A stretch of DNA of 43,055 bases, taken from the IMG/VR virus record IMGVR_UViG_3300034072_001079, one strand, 5' to 3'. This DNA comes from a virus. The translations under genes and the position numbers were made by a program. The notes under the pieces are model-generated. The model was not told the DNA's origin. It searched no databases and was given only the letters and a program-made list of their open reading frames with translations. Within the stretch, counting starts at the first letter, position 1. Each line of letters opens with the position of its first letter. This document shows, piece after piece, positions 41,513 through 43,055 of this stretch.

Positions 41513-42148
41513 ATGCCCGCACTGACCGAAATCGGCGAGATCGGCCTGGAGTACCAGGGCCAGGAATACCGTCTGCGCCCCAGCCTCGCCGCTATGGCCC
41601 GGATCGGCACGCCCGCCGAGATCGTCGAAGTGTTCGGCCTGGTGCTGGGCGCCCCGCCGGAGCCCACGGGCAACCCAGTGCTTGACCGGCCGCGCTGGCG
41701 CGTGTGGGGGCGGGAACAGTTCCGCGCCGCGCTGTCCGTGCTGCACGCCTGCTGCGATGACGACCTGTCGCCGCTGATCGGCTGGACGACGGAGCGCATG
41801 ACATACAGGCCCGGGGCGATGCCGGCGGCAAATATCACGGTACTGGCGCGCGAGCTGCTGCGTCACGGTGTAATCGGCGACGTGCCGACCGATCCGCGCC
41901 AGCCCAAGCGGGGCAAGTTTTCCCCGGAATTCCACGCCCGCGACTTCGCCGCCCTGGCAATGGCCCACCTCGGGCTGAGCGAGGCGGAGGCGTGGCAAAT
42001 GACAATGACCAGCTTCATACTGGCCATGCGGGCCAAGTTCCCGCCGCCCGAGACGCCGGCGAAAGATGAGACGCCGAGCGAAGAAGCGCACGACGCGACC
42101 ATGGCCTGGCTGGCCGCCGTGAATGAGAAGAGGGCGGCAGCGGCATGA
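41513..42148 (+). CDS. Tail assembly chaperone candidate
   Basis: 211 aa. EIGLEYQGQEYRLRPSLAAMARIG.. N-terminus. Position between the tail tube and tape measure genes. Confidence 0.55.
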   Translation: MPALTEIGEIGLEYQGQEYRLRPSLAAMARIGTPAEIVEVFGLVLGAPPEPTGNPVLDRPRWRVWGREQFRAALSVLHACCDDDLSPLIGWTTERMTYRPGAMPAANITVLARELLRHGVIGDVPTDPRQPKRGKFSPEFHARDFAALAMAHLGLSEAEAWQMTMTSFILAMRAKFPPPETPAKDETPSEEAHDATMAWLAAVNEKRAAAA

Positions 42149-42209
42149 CTTGAAAAGTCGGACGGTGCGGGTTACGCTTGACGCCTGTTAAGTGTTTAGT
42201 AGGCAGACC

Positions 42210-43046
42210 ATGAAGTCGTGTACCCGTTGCGGGCTGCAAAGTGAAACCCCAGAAATCCATTTTTCTAAAGACCGCGCCAAGCCAGACGGGTTAGCCTCAC
42301 ATTGCCGGGCTTGCCGAAAGGCCGCGCAGCCGCTGGCGAAAAACCCTAGGCTGACCGACCCAACACTAAAGCGCTGCGGCGCTTGTCGAGAGATATTCCC
42401 GGCTAGCCCCGAGCATTTCTACCGCTGCGCAAAACGGGGCCTCTACCCGTACTGCCGGAAGTGCGAAGCCGCGCGGTCAAAGGCGCGGCGAAAAACTCCA
42501 GAAATGTTTAAAAGCGATACGCACCGTCAATGCCCTAAGTGCCTGCAAATAAAGCCAGCGGCCTCTGGTTTTCCGAAAAATAAAACGCACGCGGACGGGG
42601 TGTCCTGCTACTGCCGAGAATGCCAAGCCGCAGCCAATAGCCGGGCGGCAAAAAGGCATAGGGTGCGTCGGGCTGCGGCGTATGCGGCGAAGCTGAAAGC
42701 TAACCCTAAGCTGCGCGTTAAAACTCGGGTTCTAGGCCTGGTGCGGGAGTCTTTAAAACGGTACGCCACCGGGGCTAAGGTCGGATCGGTTAGCGCGGGT
42801 TTTTGGTCGGCTGTAGGGTATAATCGAGACGAGCTGGCGAAACACTTGGGGCGGCAGTTTTTGCAGGGAATGAACTGGAGCAATATGTCGGACTGGCACA
42901 TTGACCACATCGTCCCGGTAAAGTGTTTCGCTGTTAAGGGCTTTGACTGCGCCGAGTTCAGGGCGTGCTGGGCATTGGCTAACCTGCGGCCGCTATGGGC
43001 TAAAGACAATTTGAGCAAGGGCGCTACCCGCGAGTTCTTGCTGTAA
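42210..43046 (+). CDS. HNH homing endonuclease with three Cys4 zinc modules
   Basis: DWHIDHIVPV...NLRPLWAKDNLSKG HNH core. Three repeats of CxxC..F....(DG)..CxxC. Lower GC than the flanks. Its 3' end is duplicated at 1-118. Confidence 0.85.
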   Translation: MKSCTRCGLQSETPEIHFSKDRAKPDGLASHCRACRKAAQPLAKNPRLTDPTLKRCGACREIFPASPEHFYRCAKRGLYPYCRKCEAARSKARRKTPEMFKSDTHRQCPKCLQIKPAASGFPKNKTHADGVSCYCRECQAAANSRAAKRHRVRRAAAYAAKLKANPKLRVKTRVLGLVRESLKRYATGAKVGSVSAGFWSAVGYNRDELAKHLGRQFLQGMNWSNMSDWHIDHIVPVKCFAVKGFDCAEFRACWALANLRPLWAKDNLSKGATREFLL

Positions 43047-43055
43047 CCGGAGGGC
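42929..43055. repeat. Terminal overlap identical to 1-127
   Basis: Exact 127-nt match to the start of the window. Confidence 0.95.

Noticed and set aside
41513-42148. Programmed -1 frameshift (G/GT-type) in the tail assembly chaperone
   Set aside because: No slippery heptamer was seen near the 3' end. No alternative-frame ORF extends beyond 42148, and stops occur in all frames within about 60 nt.
1-43055. tRNA, tmRNA, rRNA or self-splicing intron
   Set aside because: No cloverleaf-like or conserved RNA-core sequences were recognised by eye, and no gene appears interrupted. A proper tRNAscan or Infernal run was not possible.

Overview
The first 127 nt are identical to the last 127 nt, so this window is a complete, circularly closed dsDNA phage genome of about 42.9 kb. 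It is GC-rich (well above 60% by eye). It looks siphovirus-like and has a Gram-negative lysis cassette with a nested spanin pair. No integrase, repressor, tRNA or CRISPR array was seen, so it is probably virulent.

Layout:
- 134-10970 (+): tape measure, tailspike, L/K/I-J-like tail tip genes, two membrane proteins, GH19 endolysin, Rz/Rz1.
- 10899-18760 (-): leftward early replication operon with a DnaN-like mini-clamp, family A DNA polymerase, DUF2815-like SSB and Cas4-like nuclease.
- 18844-29401 (+): rightward early operon with an SF2 helicase, C5-methyltransferase, VRR-NUC nuclease, a run of small accessory genes, and a primase-polymerase/SF3 helicase.
- 29402-29712: an AT-rich intergenic hub.
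- 29713-31513 (+): TerS and TerL.
- 31518-33294 (+): a promoter-bearing accessory island.
- 33291-35558 (-): an inverted MuF-like/portal block.
- 35618-42148 (+): scaffold/protease, decoration, major capsid, connector, tail tube and tail chaperone.
- 42210-43046 (+): an HNH endonuclease wedged between the tail chaperone and the tape measure gene.

Most notable observations:
1. The canonical motifs of the C5-methyltransferase are split between two overlapping reading frames.
2. That methyltransferase gene is bracketed by a diverged duplication of the flanking gene junction.
3. Eight early promoters share a family motif with a conserved spacer. Two of them fire antisense into the inverted portal block.
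4. A separate late motif sits directly after UUCG-loop terminators.
5. The largest intergenic region carries helically phased CTACAC iterons.

All functional calls come from motif recognition by eye; no searches were run. Coordinates of non-ORF features were hand counted and may be off by 1-2 nt.
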